Origin: Amoebidium appalachense
Lineage: Eukaryota > Protista > Ichthyosporea
Assembly (NCBI GenBank): GCA_963693365.1
Contig: CAVNZM010000006.1
Coordinates: 5,745,264-5,809,263 of the forward strand
Reading direction: 5' to 3'
Length of the DNA: 64,000 bases
The notes below the pieces were generated by a model. The model was not told where the DNA came from and ran no database searches. It saw only the letters and a list, made by a program, of their open reading frames with translations. A program made the translations under genes and the position numbers. Shown here one piece after another: positions 34,044 to 56,006 of the stretch (the first letter of the stretch is position 1; each line of letters starts with the position of its first letter).

Positions 34044-36191
34044 CCTCCCCCCTCGGGAGCATACGTTGCCTACCCATTTTCACCCCTTTTCCCTCTTCAC
34101 TAAGCTGAATGCCTTTCCATTCCTTTCCTCCGATTATTTCCCGTGCCCCAATGCCCTCCCATTTCCCTTGTATTACCCGTTTCTGATTACACTCTCCCCC
34201 CCCCCCCCCCCCCCCCCCCCCTCCCCGCACATTCACAGTCCACCCCATTCCATCCCCCCCCCCCTCCCCCCCCCCCCCCCCCCCCCCCGCGTAGTGTTCC
34301 GCCCACCGCCAACATTCAAACCCTTCCCCCCTCCCCAAACCCCCTCCCCCCCCCCCCCCCCCCCTTCCCTTTTCCACATCTCTCCCCCCTCCCCCCCCCC
34401 CCCCCTCTCCCCACCGGCCGTCCCCCCCGGCAACAAAAAAAATAAAATAAAAATAAATTAATGCAGTGCTACGAGTGCACGGGCATTCCCCTGCCAGCCG
34501 TGCTGACCGGCCAGGAAGAGCACGACCGACAGAGGGCCATCGACCAGGCTGAGAACTACAGGCGGGCGGCTACCATAGTGCAGGGGGCTGCCGCAATGCT
34601 GGAGGGAAAGGTGCGCTATATGTAGCTGCAATGTGTATGTGGTTGGGCTATAAATAGCTGCAATATAGTATAGATATATATACTACACACACACACACAC
34701 ACACACACATACACACACACACACACACTAGCACAATAAGAACTACATACGGGCGGCTAACATATGAATAGTGCCGGGAGTCGCTGCATGGGTGGAGCTG
34801 GGAAAAGTGCGTTATCAATGATTCAATTGAAATGCATCTATGGTCGCGCTAAATATATCTACAGAGAATATGTGGACATGTGTTCATGGTATATAACTTA
34901 TCCACCCATCCCCCCACCTCTTGCCCGCTTATGCGCCTTTTTTTTTCCTCCTCCGCCCACATAAAATTTACCAAATATCGGTCTTTAGGGGTTCTACGTC
35001 AGCACCGCCGTGCTCGAGGGGGACCCAGGGGAGCAGACGGTGGCAGCGGCGGCCGTGATTGGAGCAGACCTCGTGATTATGGGCAGCAGGGGGGCTGGGC
35101 CTGTGGACAGGTATTGAGCCCCCCCTCCTTCTTTCCCCCCTTCCCCCCCCCCTTCCCCCCCTCGAATCCTTTACACTCCTCCCCTCCCGCCCCCCCCCCC
35201 CCCCCCCCCCCCCACCCCCCCTCCTCCTGCCACCTGGCCCCCTCTCTTCCCCTCCCTTGTCCGTGGGTGCCCCCCCCCGCTCCCCCGGCTCTTGCTCTTG
35301 CTGTACACGTGAGTAGGCTTAGGATGGTTGGTAGATCGTTCTCCGGGTGGGAAAGCGGGTTTTGGTACTTATTCATCGTGCATGTAAAAGGGGCTTTTAA
35401 CACAACTGAGATTTGCATGTGTTTGGTAATGGCCGCTTTCAGGTTTTTCGTGTTCGTGTGCACACAGCCAACTACAAGATGAACCATGAAGACCTAATCT
35501 TTTTGTTTTCCCAACAACTCTATCGGCCTTGCCGTCCCCCCCCCCCCCCCCCCCCGGGCCCTCACCCACCAACCCATCCACCACCACCACCCACCTCCTG
35601 CCACCATGATGTCTTACACCACATGCAACTCCTCCCCCCTACCCCCCCTGCCCCGAATCCCCCCCCCCCCCCCCCCCCCCCCCACCTCAAAAAAAAAAAA
35701 AAAAAAAAAAAAACAGGGGGAAGAGTAGGTTCAAATAATACGCACAGTCCTTTCTTTCTCGACACACAACATTTTGCACACAAACAGTTCGATTTTCCTT
35801 CTCTAGAATTCAGCCTATTTTTTTTGGCCCTTAAATCTGGGCTTGACTGCATTTCGCAGTGTTGTTCTAACCCCCCCCCCCCCCCCCCCCCGCTTCCCCT
35901 CCCAAAAAAGTAAACAAAATCCAAATATAAACCACCACCACCACCCTTTTATGTCTCCCCCCCCCCCCCCCCGCACCAAATACTAATGATAGCAATAAAA
36001 ACAATAATAACTTAAAGTAGTGATAATAATCCATGAAAATAACAACCAGGGTGCTTGGGGGGAGTGTGAGCGACTACTGTGTGCACAACTGCCTGTGCCC
36101 CGTGCTGGTGGTGCGGGATGCCGGAAAGGTCGAGAAGGAGAAGGCGGAGCGTGCCGTTATAGGTGCCCCCATGGCCCAGGCTGCCGAATGA
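32351..36191 (+). CDS. Universal stress protein A-like protein (185 aa)
   Basis: Exons 32351-32449, 33315-33365, 34467-34610, 34989-35110 and 36050-36191 join in frame. USP motifs RKILIPVDGSPHSTNAVNWA, EGDPGE and ADLVIMGSRGAGPVDRVLGGSVSDYCVHNCLCPVLVVR. Confidence 0.93.
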
Positions 36192-37020
36192 ACTGGGGGT
36201 TTCTAATAGGGTGCCACATTAAACTTTGAAACTGTGATGATTTGAATTTAGGAAAACCAATTTTTACTGCTGGTGTACATGTGATTATATATCCGATGTG
36301 TATGTATAGAGCATGTCACGGTATGTGAGTCATGTGTGGTTAATATTATCATGCATCCTGTGAACTAGTATCGCCTGCCTGGTATGCATGACTGGTTACA
36401 CTCTAGATCTGGTTCAAGCCTACGTGTTCAATAAAGGAGTAGAATATCAGTGGGGGGTTTGCAGGTTGGGCGAGGTTTGTCTTTCGAACTATTCACTATA
36501 GTCTTGGTGTAGTGGTGGTAGGTGGTGCTAGGGGTGATGTTCGAGCAAGATGGAGCGGTGGGTTTTTGCTGCGCATGTGGCCCCTGGGAAGGGGGGTTGG
36601 GGGGGGGGGGGGGGGGGGGGGGGGCAGGAGGTTTGAGGGGGGGTTTGGGGGGGGGGGGAGGGGGGGGGGAGAACAGGGAGGGGGTGATCAGGGCATTCTC
36701 ACCCCTCCACTCTCTGATCCTTCATTATGTACAGCGAACCAAATCATCATATGCCTGTCAACAACTTGCAGATAAAACTTACTGAATCCGTACTCAATTA
36801 AAAAAGAATCAATGGTAACGTCTACAGACTTGGCATCGGATATCGATATTGGGGTTACATACTGAAACGGTAAATGGCCATCAAATGCTAACCCACACAA
36901 AGTGTCACATAAATACGGCGCAAAGTGTAGCACACACGCATGCACGCACACACGCACACACGCACACGAACACACACACATTGTCAAGCACACACACATA
37001 CACACAACACACACAGTACC

Positions 37021-37051
<31 letters not shown>

Positions 37052-37559
37052 ACTGCATGTACACACACACACACACATACACACCGCACGCCACACACAT
37101 AACACACACACACACACACACACTCTCTCTCTCTCTCTCTCTCCCCGGCCCCTCCCCCCCCTTCCCTCCCTCCCTCTCTCTATCTACAACCCCCCCCCCC
37201 CCCCCTATCACGTGCACAGGCAGTCACAAGCACACACTCACTGCACACCGGTGCGACACCCACAGTGGCTCCTGTTTTCTCTCTTTATGGCACCCAATGA
37301 AGTATACACACGGTGTCCCGGCATTAATCTTTACAACATACACGATTTACACTAAGTCTTGCCAATTAATTGCACACCTCAGTAGGCTACGTCATAAGAT
37401 TATGTTGGATACACCTGACACCCACCCACACCCTCGGCCCCCCTCCTCCCCCCTCCCCCCCCACCCCCTTCCCCCCCACCCCCTCCCCAAAAAAGGGGGA
37501 CCATTTGCGCAGCTCACGTGTGCACCAATAATACACTAGCTTTATCAACTCACCTTCGA

Positions 37560-39130
37560 GCTCTTACAACGGATTGGTTGCTTTCTAGCCGTACTGGAAC
37601 ACCGACTCATCTGAAGTCACTGAATTTCAGAATGGTTTGACGGATCGATCTATTCCTGGCGGAGGGCCATTCCCTTGCATTCTTAAGCTTGGTTGCCAAT
37701 GCACTCGTAATCGCGATAGTCAACACATTTCCCCGGTTTCATGCTCGTTTCCGAAACGTGCTTCTGCGAGCAAACCGATAGGCTGATTCCATTGTTTTCC
37801 AAGCAATCACGGTTCAACGGTTTGTGCAATTATCGAAGTAGCACCGTGTCTCGGGTTCACTGAATGGGTTACTGTGTTCAGAGAACCCGCTTGCCGGAAT
37901 AACATCGATGTAGTTATTCCCATTGGCGTAGCAGTCCAAATACATGCACCGCGAAGAGACGTTTGGTGCCTACGATAACCTGTGGCACACGTACGCAGGT
38001 CTGCCTGGCTGAGCGCAATGTTGCTGCACACTTTACCCTGAGCACTGTTTTCTCTAGATTTGCTGTGTATGAATCGTTGTATATAGAACTAAACTCTGCG
38101 TAGAAATATCGCTCACTGCCGGGGCCGCCATATTTGTCCGCAACATTGAACGGAGCGGGGACTTGGGCTGCGTTGTAGCACTCTTTGGAGATTTCCGTTT
38201 TGTTTGCCGACGGGGCGAGGGTAAGATATATGTTCATAGCAGATATTAGCTACGCACGTGAAGTTTGGATGGCACTGGCTGGCAAAACTTACCATACTCA
38301 ACCCTGCAAACACACCACATTTGTTTTTGTCGCCCGCGGGCAACAAATATCCTTTAAAATTAGTGATAACGTGCAAGGCTCCCCTGCACCCACGCTGCAG
38401 GAGCCGCGGGGGAAATGATGCTTCATCATCATCGGAAAAATAGTTTGCTGTCGAAGAGCCACCTGCATTCACGGAGCATTGAAAATGCCCGTTGTTTCCG
38501 CATTTTGTCCATATTTTGCTCGAGTCTGCAGCAGTGGTAATATTAATTTTAGTATTACTATTAGTACTAGCATTAAAATTATCAGGGATTTCGAGGCATC
38601 GCACACGCGCTGCAAGTGGAGGCATAGTGTCCATGTTGGGGACCCACACACATGTTCCGGATTTTTCTTCACCACGGGTGCCGCACGATACATGACAATA
38701 AAGGTCACTGCCCTTCCGTGACGTCGACGTCGGGCCATTTATATATCCTGGTAGTACAGGTGTTTCGTTTTTTTGTGGCTCTAACGTTAACAATGGATCA
38801 CAGTCAGAGTCCTTTTTACATGCCTGCGACGTTCGTCCCCATATAGCTGCCGGAGTGGTCCAGTTGAGGCCATCCCGACCAAACGAGGCATGTGTTTCTC
38901 CAGCAGGGTTGACTGTAACATTAACCTTGGAGCTGGGCGTGCGTAGGTTAACAGCGTTCGTGGTTTTTGTTGCGCCCACCATTCTGTTTATGCACAACAG
39001 CATCAAAACAACAATAGCTAGAAAAAAATGTGTTGGAAAACTTGATGACTTGTTGTATTCGGCTAATCACGAAAGGAAGCTTCGGCTCCTCACGAGGTGA
39101 ACCACGTGGACATATTGCACTAGCTGACAT
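37560..39130 (-). pseudogene. Intronless Cys-rich, N-glycosylation-rich secreted or type II membrane protein, disrupted by frameshifts and stops
   Basis: Overlapping frames 39130-38948, 39066-38113, 38237-37914 and 38031-37807, plus Cys-rich fragments to ~37560. Hydrophobic FFLAIVVLMLLCI segment near the start, many Cys, and sequons NVT, NWT, NET, NAS, NIT, NFT, NKT, NDS. Confidence 0.65.
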
Positions 39131-40890
39131 GTGTCTTTAGGGCCCCCACATGTCCAGCATTATTACGTTGTTGTGCAGGTGGTTTAAAATATTCGTTCCG
39201 AGACCTCGTGCACCGGCACCCATGCGTTTCCCAGCTTTGGGACCCATGCTGGCATGTTAAAAATACTAATGATATTGATTCAACGCTGGCACTAAAGTAA
39301 CATTTACTAATGGTTCATTATTGCAAGTGGAAAAATGGCATAGGCCTGAATGATAACCGCTTTAGCAACGCATATTTTTGCCAGAGCGAATTTTGAACAG
39401 CAGAAGAATGTTGGGACAAAAGTAACATATGCATGGGTTTCATGTGTAATGGGCGAGCTATGACCGACCACACTCAACAGAGAGGGGTATCAAGCGCAGT
39501 TTATTTTAAAAAAAAAAGAAAGCTGCACCTACAAAAGCAAGGAGAAACGTTCACCACAGGACGGATCCGGAGCCGTGTACATGTAGTCCCCTAGGTCAGA
39601 CCTAGGCCATTCAGAACATACTCGAACATATAACTAGAAACAGGAGCTCGACTCATACAACGTTTATGACATAATTCTGGTTGCACAATCCACATACATA
39701 TGTATTAGTTCTTGAAAAAGGCTAACAAGAGCTTTTAACGTCAGCACAGATCCAGATGGCAAAGTTCATGATTGATCACCGTGAACCGAAAGTTTGAAAC
39801 ACGAAGGTGATTGGTTTAAGAGCAGGCGTCCCATTAGACCCTTTTTTATCTCCAATTTGATTGGCTGTAAGTGCATCAGACCTCGGGTGTAAAGTTTACG
39901 TTCGAAGTTGATTAGCTGCCTACACCAAGGCTCCACGACGGCCCGTCCACGTCGACTGCGTGATATCGATGCCTGCCCTGTAGGCTAACCGTTGAAATAC
40001 TTCATGAATTACGAATATGGCCTCGTCAAATTCCCTTGTTCCTCTTTGCGTTCGCTTTCTTTAGATTGAGTTTTGTTTATGACGATTATCACGGTAATGC
40101 AACGACATCTTGTAATATATCATGTGCATGCATATGAGAATCACAAAGTGGAGCTCGCTTGCCAAAGCCCGGAGCTCGAGCACACCGAGCTCGTACTACT
40201 CTATATAGGTTGTCGTTTTGTGCTCTGATACCACAATCCTACGAATATTTATTATTAGGATCATAAGTAGGATGACGTCTACCCTACACGTAGTGCGCAT
40301 GCTGGGCATGTGACCGGGACGTGTACACATGTACATACCGGATATCGATATATCGATACGGGTGGCTGAGGGCACCGCATCTCTGCACGCTATGATCGTA
40401 TATGTAGGGCTCTTTTGGTGGAAGTAAACAAATATGCCTGTGTGTATGTCAGTAACTCAAACATACGTTACTGTTTTTAAAATTTACTACGGTCTTCAAG
40501 GGCGGGGATCGGAATGCAGCGGCATCCGATGCATGGCCATCATTCATGTCGCGATTGATCGATCCAGGTAATCAAAACGACAAAATCCAGACCTTGAGGA
40601 ATTTATGTTTTTGCAGGAATTATCATGATCGAATCTTTCGGTCAAACTTCAAATTTTTTTATGATGACTTTATTGAGGGGCTCATCAAAAGAGAAGCATT
40701 CGAGATATCACAGATATCTCAGAGAAGAAAAAACAAAAAAGCCTTAACTTCAATCCAAAGTTTAGGTGGTGAGTTCAGGAGAAAACAATTACTGTGCGAA
40801 GGGTGTGTATATTGAGCGAGGGACAGGGTCAGTGAGGAAGGGAGCGTAGGAGGGGGAGGGGGAGGGGGGAGGGGGAGGGGGGAGGGAGAG

Positions 40891-40986
<96 letters not shown>

Positions 40987-41367
40987 GGGGAGAGATGGGG
41001 CGGGGAGAGAGAGAGAGAGTGTGTGTGTGTGTGGAAAGGGAGAGGGAGAAGAGGTGGGAGAGAGAGAGGAAGGGGGGAGGGAGAGAGAGAGAGAGAGAGA
41101 GAGAGACCGAGAGAGCGCGCGCGTGGGGAGAGGGAGGGAGAGAAAGTTACAGTGAGAGAGGGGGGCGGTGTTGGAAGAGAAGAGGGGGGTTGGGGGGGAG
41201 GAAGGGAGAGAAGGAAAGATGGAGCAAGATAGAGAGAGATAGAGAGTTCACCGGCACTGGGAAAGTGGGTGTCAAGAGAAGGGAGGCATAGCGGGTTGGC
41301 GAAGTGAGTGTTTGTCGGGGAGGGGATGGAGGGGATCCGGGGGGATAGGGTGGAAAGGTTGGGAGGG

Positions 41368-41403
<36 letters not shown>

Positions 41404-41804
41404 CATGCACGGTTAACCTGCATTGTTGACCCGTGGCTGTATGTATGGGTTATGTGGTGTTTGAGGACCGTCGATTTGGGATGGGGGGAGGAGGGGGGGG
41501 GGGGGGGGGGGGGGGAGGGAAGAACAGGGGATGGTTGACGTCTGGACGAATCCGGAAAACTAGACATTGAAGTTGCACTAAGTGGGCAGTGGATCTGTAT
41601 CCGAATGTTCGGTGGAGGGTGTACGGACTTTGGGGCTCTGAGAGAGTGTTGGGAGATAGTGTTCAGATGTGCTCTCAGAGGCACGCGTCTTTTTTTGGGA
41701 GGGGGGGTGTTTTTTTTTTTTCCCTCTCTGCATCATGCCACATCCTCATCTAATTCTGCTTGTTTTTACCCAGGTGGCCCTATTGTCATTGCTAAGAGGT
41801 GAAA

Positions 41805-49219
<7,415 letters not shown>

Positions 49220-50224
49220 TTGAAATGAAGAGAAAACATCACCTTTAATTTTTTGAAACTAAATCGATTTCCTCAGCAATGAGAAAATTTTCCAGCACGA
49301 ACCCCCCCCCCACCACACGCACACATCGATTAATCCTCTCCCTTTTTCCCTTTCGGTGAGGAGGTACGGGGTAATTAAAACACGACTGTTTCGGTTTAGC
49401 ACAAATGGTGGGCTTCAGTACTAAATAGCTATGTTATTTAAAACACCCTCTCTGTCTGTTATACACATTACATTACGTTACATTTTTAGCCTACTGCATT
49501 ATGGCAAAATGCACCTTAACACTCGTTTATGCATATCTACTCTCATCTATAACTGCACAAATTCAATAGTATCCCATTTTGATGCCCAAATGTGCATATT
49601 TGGGCGACTCTGCACCGGTTTCCCCTTTTGATCCTTTTGAATGCATAACATGCAAAGAGTTATCAACCCACTTGAATGCTCGGGAATTATGGGCTTGAAT
49701 GAATTATTGGTATAATAGGTGTTGTGTACATATATGCTTGTGGTTTGTAGAGTCGGAGGCTTGGAAAGTAGTATTATTGTAATAGAAACCGGTATTTAAG
49801 TGGAGGATACTGTGAGTATATATATTTCATGAGATCTTCCCGTGGTTTGTTGCTTGGCATCAATTGAAAAGCTCCATTTTTTTTTTTTTTGATATCACCA
49901 CAGTTTTTTCTAGCCTGTGACGATACCATACACACGCATATGATTCCTTTAACATGCACACGTTAAAGAATTGAAGTCAGACAGGCCGGGAGTGCATATG
50001 GGATCCGATCTTTCCTTATTTGGAAACACTGCGGTGGCACAAAATACTGAAAGGGCATCGAATCTGCAAACGGGTTCTGACGCACCTGTTTAATAAATAT
50101 ACATGTTTTCTGTGTGCGTGCTGCTGTGTGGATCGGATGAGAATCGGCAAACGTTCAAGTTAGAGAGCACCAACCTTTATCTCCGGTAGTTCGTCACTTT
50201 AACCAAACAGGGTCCTTTGCTTCT

Positions 50225-50255
<31 letters not shown>

Positions 50256-50275
50256 TCCCCCCCACTTGGGCCCTC

Positions 50276-50391
50276 CCTGAGGATGGGCTCTCCTTATGAC
50301 TCATACTGTGCGCATGGCTGATGTTGCATACTTATGTTTGCCTTTGCATGTGTCCTTCGTGTATGCGTACTTCGTACCGTGTTCCGCATTC
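50276..50391 (+). repeat. Intergenic copy of the ~105-bp poly-C-associated repeat
   Basis: CCTGAGGATGGGCTCTCCTTATGACTCATACT...TTTGCCTTTGCAT...CGTACTTCGTAC...CGCATTC, followed by AAA and a C-run. Confidence 0.7.
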
Positions 50392-50513
50392 AAACCCCCC
50401 CCCCCCCCCCCCCCCCCCTCCTCCTCCCGTCCCCCCTTCCCCCTCTCGCGATCGGTTAACAACATGCATGTTTTCTGTGTGCGTGCCGCTATGGAATTTA
50501 CAGTAATAGAATG

Positions 50514-50568
<55 letters not shown>

Positions 50569-50610
50569 CCACCACCACCACCACCACGTCCACGAGCCAC
50601 CCGGACGTGG

Positions 50611-50904
50611 GAGCATGATGGCAGGTGTTAACCAATTAAAATTAGCCAATCCTTATACGTCATGCATTTTGGCAGGTCAAAGGGTAGTTTGTCACCTTAA
50701 GCTTGTTGGTTACCTTTTTTGGCTGCCGCGCTGCAGCTGCCTGCAGGATTATTATTTCTGCAAAACAATCATTGTTAAAAATATAAGATTTCAGAAAATG
50801 TAGGTTTTACGACCGGAAAAGGCGCCTTTGAGGGATGATATCGATATCGAGTGCTAGCATTGCTAGAAACTCGAGCTCAGCCAGTCCGATATGCCATTAC
50901 GCTG
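50611..50904 (+). mobile_element. hAT-like MITE (~290 bp) with an imperfect 8-bp TSD
   Basis: Ends (G)AGCATGATGGCA...TGCCATTACGCTG. Flanks GACGTGGG and GGCGTGGG match at 7/8 positions. Homologous to 28288-28566. Confidence 0.75.
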
Positions 50905-51380
50905 GGCGTGGGGACAACCACACATGCAGGCCTCTGCCCCTACCATGTATGCATTTTTTTTTTCTTTCTTTTTTTTTTTTTTTTTTGCGGAAGTTCATTT
51001 TTTTTTTTTTAAAAAAAAAAAAAAAAGGGCTGGAATATGGGCACCAATGTGGAATGGTACTAAAGCTTTGCCGCGTAATAAACCAAACGACGCGTCCCAC
51101 CCTGGTTCCAGGGAGGGAGGGGAGGTAGTGGTGTGTGGACCAGGTTACTAAAGTTACAAACAAGTACAAACAAGTACTACTGATATCATTGGGCTACTTC
51201 TTTTTCGTCTCTTTGTGTAATGTACGTGCAAGTGTGTGCACATGCATGGTGTTCCGTGTGTCACATCTGCAGTATGCGCACGGGTGTGACCTGTGTGTGC
51301 GTGCGTGTGTGTGTGTCTGTGTATGACACTGGGTGTGTGTGTACATGTGTGTGCACGTGCACATGTCCCATGGTACAGCG

Positions 51381-51451
<71 letters not shown>

Positions 51452-51637
51452 CGTGTGTGCATGACGTGTGGGTGGGTGGGGCGGGGAGGGGGGGTTATAC
51501 CTGTCCAACAAAAGATGGGTTCCGGATCTACTACCGAGCAAGACTTAGTAGAAGCTTCAAAGGCAAAGCGTGTACACGTATACACGTATTATACGTATGC
51601 ACACGGCACCCGCATATACTTAGTACCCCCGGGGGGT

Positions 51638-51679
<42 letters not shown>

Positions 51680-52461
51680 AGGAAGGGGGGAGGGGGGGGG
51701 GGGGGGGGGGGGGCAGTTGCATGCAGGGTGAGTGCACAGATACTGTAACACCGTTCAAAATGGAAAACATCAATTTATCACCTTGAATTCTGACTTCCAT
51801 TTCTTGTGTGTTGTGACACTGTGGGCTTGCAGGCCCAGATAATACTATTTCTACGCAACCGCAATCTAATCTTTCAAATTGACCTAAATGGGGTGTTTTA
51901 TCAACCATACAAACATGCGGCCGGTGGATTTTAGGACGCTCATGATTTACTCTCCCAACTACTTATCCGTGTGCACACAACAGCATTTTCGCCTTACATC
52001 GAATAAGTGCTAATACTAAAATCTAATCGAAACAGAGTCTAAGAGGGGTTGAAATCCGACTCGCTCGTCCTGCCCATACACGTCCGATCTGTCCAGCTAC
52101 CAGAGACATCAAATTCCGCACAGACACGGATGCATATTAAGTTTTAAAAGAATATCTAGACCATACATATGCGTTAAAGTGAGAATTATCACAGGGCTTA
52201 ACTCTCACAGCCCGCACGATATCCACTAGAATCTAACATTAAAGGGGGGAACTTTCGTTTAGACCGATTTAAAGGTCGGCTTTCGGGTAAGACCAGCATG
52301 CTGTTTGAAGCGCATCTTGCCAATCATAAAGCCAAAATCACTTTCGGGTCTGACCCGACCCGGGCTCCTACAAGAAACCCCCCTCTTTAAAGATCACAAC
52401 AGCATGCTGCTCCTTTCAGAACACATTTTCACGGCTCATTTGAAATCTCCATCTTATATAA

Positions 52462-52978
52462 TTATGCAGCCGCTTGCAATATCTCCTTCCAGTACCCAGC
52501 CGTGACCTCGGCCCAATCAACCGTCTCCATTATAACCATATCATCCTTATCGAGCACGTGCCCCAATAGAGCGCTGTGTTCTAACCTCTGCCCGGACACC
52601 TTTGTCGCCACCTGAATTTTTGGTACATCTTGCACACCCATGCTTCCCAATTGTTCTTCGGTCTTCCGCATGAGCCTTTCGATGGTGTCGATGTCCATGC
52701 ACGTGAGCACGATGTGGTTTCCGTTTAGAATAACCTGCAGTGGGTTGGAAATGGAAATTAACGATTAGTTTTTCCCCGTGTTTATCAACAGGCAGATCTG
52801 ATGCATGGTGCTTCTCGGTAGACAAGCCACGGCATTTGAAAAAAACGGTTGGGTTTTCCCGTGTTTATCACCATATATAATTTTACAAATGAGCACGAGG
52901 TGGTTTCCGTTTAGAATAACATGCAGTGTGTTGCAATAGAAAAAACTGGTTAGGGTTTACCGTTGTTAACAATCGTGG

Positions 52979-53020
<42 letters not shown>

Positions 53021-53665
53021 GTGCGTGTGTGTGTGGGGGGGTAGGGTATGCACGTGTGTGTGTGTGTTTTTGGGTGGTGGTGGTGGTGGTGATTGTTTGG
53101 GGAGGAGGGGGGGGGGGGGGGGGGGGGGAGACGCAGGGGGAGGTATGTGTGTATGTGTAATGTGTGTAGGTGATTTGGCAGGCGCATGTGTGTAGTGTGG
53201 TTTCTGTTTTATACATATATCCACACATCAAAGTCTCTTATTTCTAGTATTAGCATATTGTTATCATCATCACTATCGTCATTTTCATGCACCACACGCA
53301 TGCAGGCACGCGTGCACGCGCGCACACATGCACACACACACACGCACATGCACACACACACGCACGCATGCAAGCGCGCGCACATACATTTGGGATAGAG
53401 AGATGAAGGGAGCACGTGCCAGTAATGAACAACAGGGAGGAAACAACGGAGGGCCCAAAAAGGATAAAGGAAGCACGGGCAAGCTAGACAAACATGAAAA
53501 TAAAAAACCCAGACAGAGTGAAAGTCCACACCCCTGGTACGTTTCACTATATTGCATGTCACACAACCCCTGTCCGACCCCCCCCCCCTCTCCCCCTCTC
53601 CCCCCCCCCCCCCCCCCCCCCCCCCGGGCTAGCTCAGTAAGACACAGTCGGAGAAAATATACATC

Positions 53666-53700
<35 letters not shown>

Positions 53701-53940
53701 ACACACACACAGACACACAAACAAACACCACACATAAAAATCCGCACATTCACCACCCTTTACAACCTAGGAAACAAAACCAAAAACATAGACCACATGA
53801 AATTTCGCAACTTATGGCCACAAGGCCTTCCGAATGCGAAATAGGAACTGCCCAAACGACACGGGCAACTGCTGTCTAGAGCATGGCTAAAACACGTGTA
53901 CACCTGCATGAGTGCGCGCGAGCATGTTTGCGTGCGTGGA

Positions 53941-54026
<86 letters not shown>

Positions 54027-55768
54027 TGTACACACGCGCGCACGCATGTGTGTGGGTGTGTGTATGCTTGTGTGTGTGCGTGTGTGTATGTGTATGTGTG
54101 TGTGTATGTGCGCGTGCAAAATATCGGATATGTCTGCGTGTATTTCATTGTTTGACTCTGCGTGCTTTTGTGTGAATTTGGACGGTGCGTGCGTGCGTGT
54201 GTGCGTGCGTGCGCGGCTTTACATGCGTATAGCCGTCTGTGCCTGTGTCTCCGTGCGCGCGCGCGTGTGTGCGTGCACGTGTGTGTGTGTGTGTGTGCAC
54301 CTGTGTGTGTGTGTGTACTGGTACTAGTGATGCAAGTATCTCACGCATGATGATGTTTATCGGCAGGCCCATGTGTGCACATAAGCAAATGTGCGCGAGC
54401 GTTCGTATCCATGCCTTCTGTGCTCACAGCTTTCAAGTACACAGTGCACGCTAGATCATGCGTCTGTGGGCATGTGTGTGTGTTGGTGAAGGTGTGTGGG
54501 AGTGTGAGCATTGGTGAATGTGTGTGGGAGTGTGTGTGTTTAAGAAAGTGTGTAGGAGGTACAAGGACGTGTTCGGGTTATACTGTGTGCATGCGTGCAT
54601 GTGTAAGCTACTGTTTCGTAAAGGGCCTGTTCGGGTTATACTGTGTGCATGCGTGCATGTTTAAGCTACTGTTTCGTAAAGGACGTGTTCGGGTTATACT
54701 GTGTGCATGCGTGCATGTTTAAGCTACTGTTTCGTAAAGGACGTGTTCGGGTTAAAGTGTGTGCATGCGTGCATGTGTAAGCTACTGTTTCGTAAAGGAC
54801 GTGTTCGGGTTAAAGTATCGGATATGTCTGCGTGTATTTCATTGTTTGACTCTGCGTGCGTTTGTGTGAATTTTGACGGTGCATGCTTAAGCTACTCTTT
54901 CTGCCTTGTGCGTGGATGTGGTGGTGGGAGCTCATTTGTCTTTGCCTTACACAAAACACGCCCACAAACTCCGTCACAACTCAAAACAAACACACACACA
55001 CACACACACACCCCCAAAACACACACAAACACAAAATACACCCACAGACATCCCTCCCTTCCCCTCCCCCCTCCCTCCCCCCTCCCCCTCCCCCTGCCTC
55101 AAAAGAAAAAAAAACACACATACCTGTAGCCTAATGGGCTGTCCAACAAGCTGTGCACCAGACTGACTCGCTCTAGAAGGGGACAGCCTCCTTGCACCCA
55201 CGGGAGACCCAGGCAAGCTGGCCGGTTTTTTCGCCCTCCTGAAAGAATGACTAGAAATTATATTAATAGGCGTCCCCCCCGGGCTGTTTTGTCCGGAACT
55301 TTGAGCCCCCCCGTCGTCCAATGCGATTTCTCCTCCGCTCGATTCTCGGTCGCTTCCCGAGTTGTACCGTTCACGGAGATTTTCACGGAATTTGGCCCAA
55401 CTTCGGGAGAGGGATTTTGAGCGGCTCATTATACTGCGGTGGTGGTGGTGGTGGTGTGTGGGGTGGTGGCAGGGGTGGACATGTGAGGGGAAAACGGGGG
55501 AAAAGGGGTGGGGGTGGGAGTTGGTGGGATGGGGAGGGGGGGGGGGGGGGGGGGGGGGGGGGAGAGAGAGGAGTGGGTGGGTGAGTGGGTGGGAAAGAGG
55601 GGGCGGAGAGAGGGGGCCGGAGGGGGGGGGGGGGGGGGGGGGGAGTTTGGGGTTTGGGGAAGGGAGGTCAGAATGTGTTACAGTGTATGAAGTAGACAGT
55701 CGTGACAGACTACAGAATGCAGGATTTGCAACGCATACACAAAGGGTGTGCATGGAAAGGGCAGCGGG

Positions 55769-55821
<53 letters not shown>

Positions 55822-55966
55822 GGAGCGGGTGTGATATGCATTAGAGGGCGGGAACCATGATTGCAAAGGCATTGAAAATCTTGAAATTTAACAAAGGTAA
55901 AAAGGTATTAAAAAAATAAAAAAAAGGAATCCAAAAGTACATGCACAAGATACTTGAACATGGGGG

Positions 55967-56006
<40 letters not shown>

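Noticed and set aside
54565-54815. CRISPR-like regular repeat
   Set aside because: Head-to-tail 58-bp units with no unique spacers, inside a eukaryotic intron, with no cas genes; it is a minisatellite.
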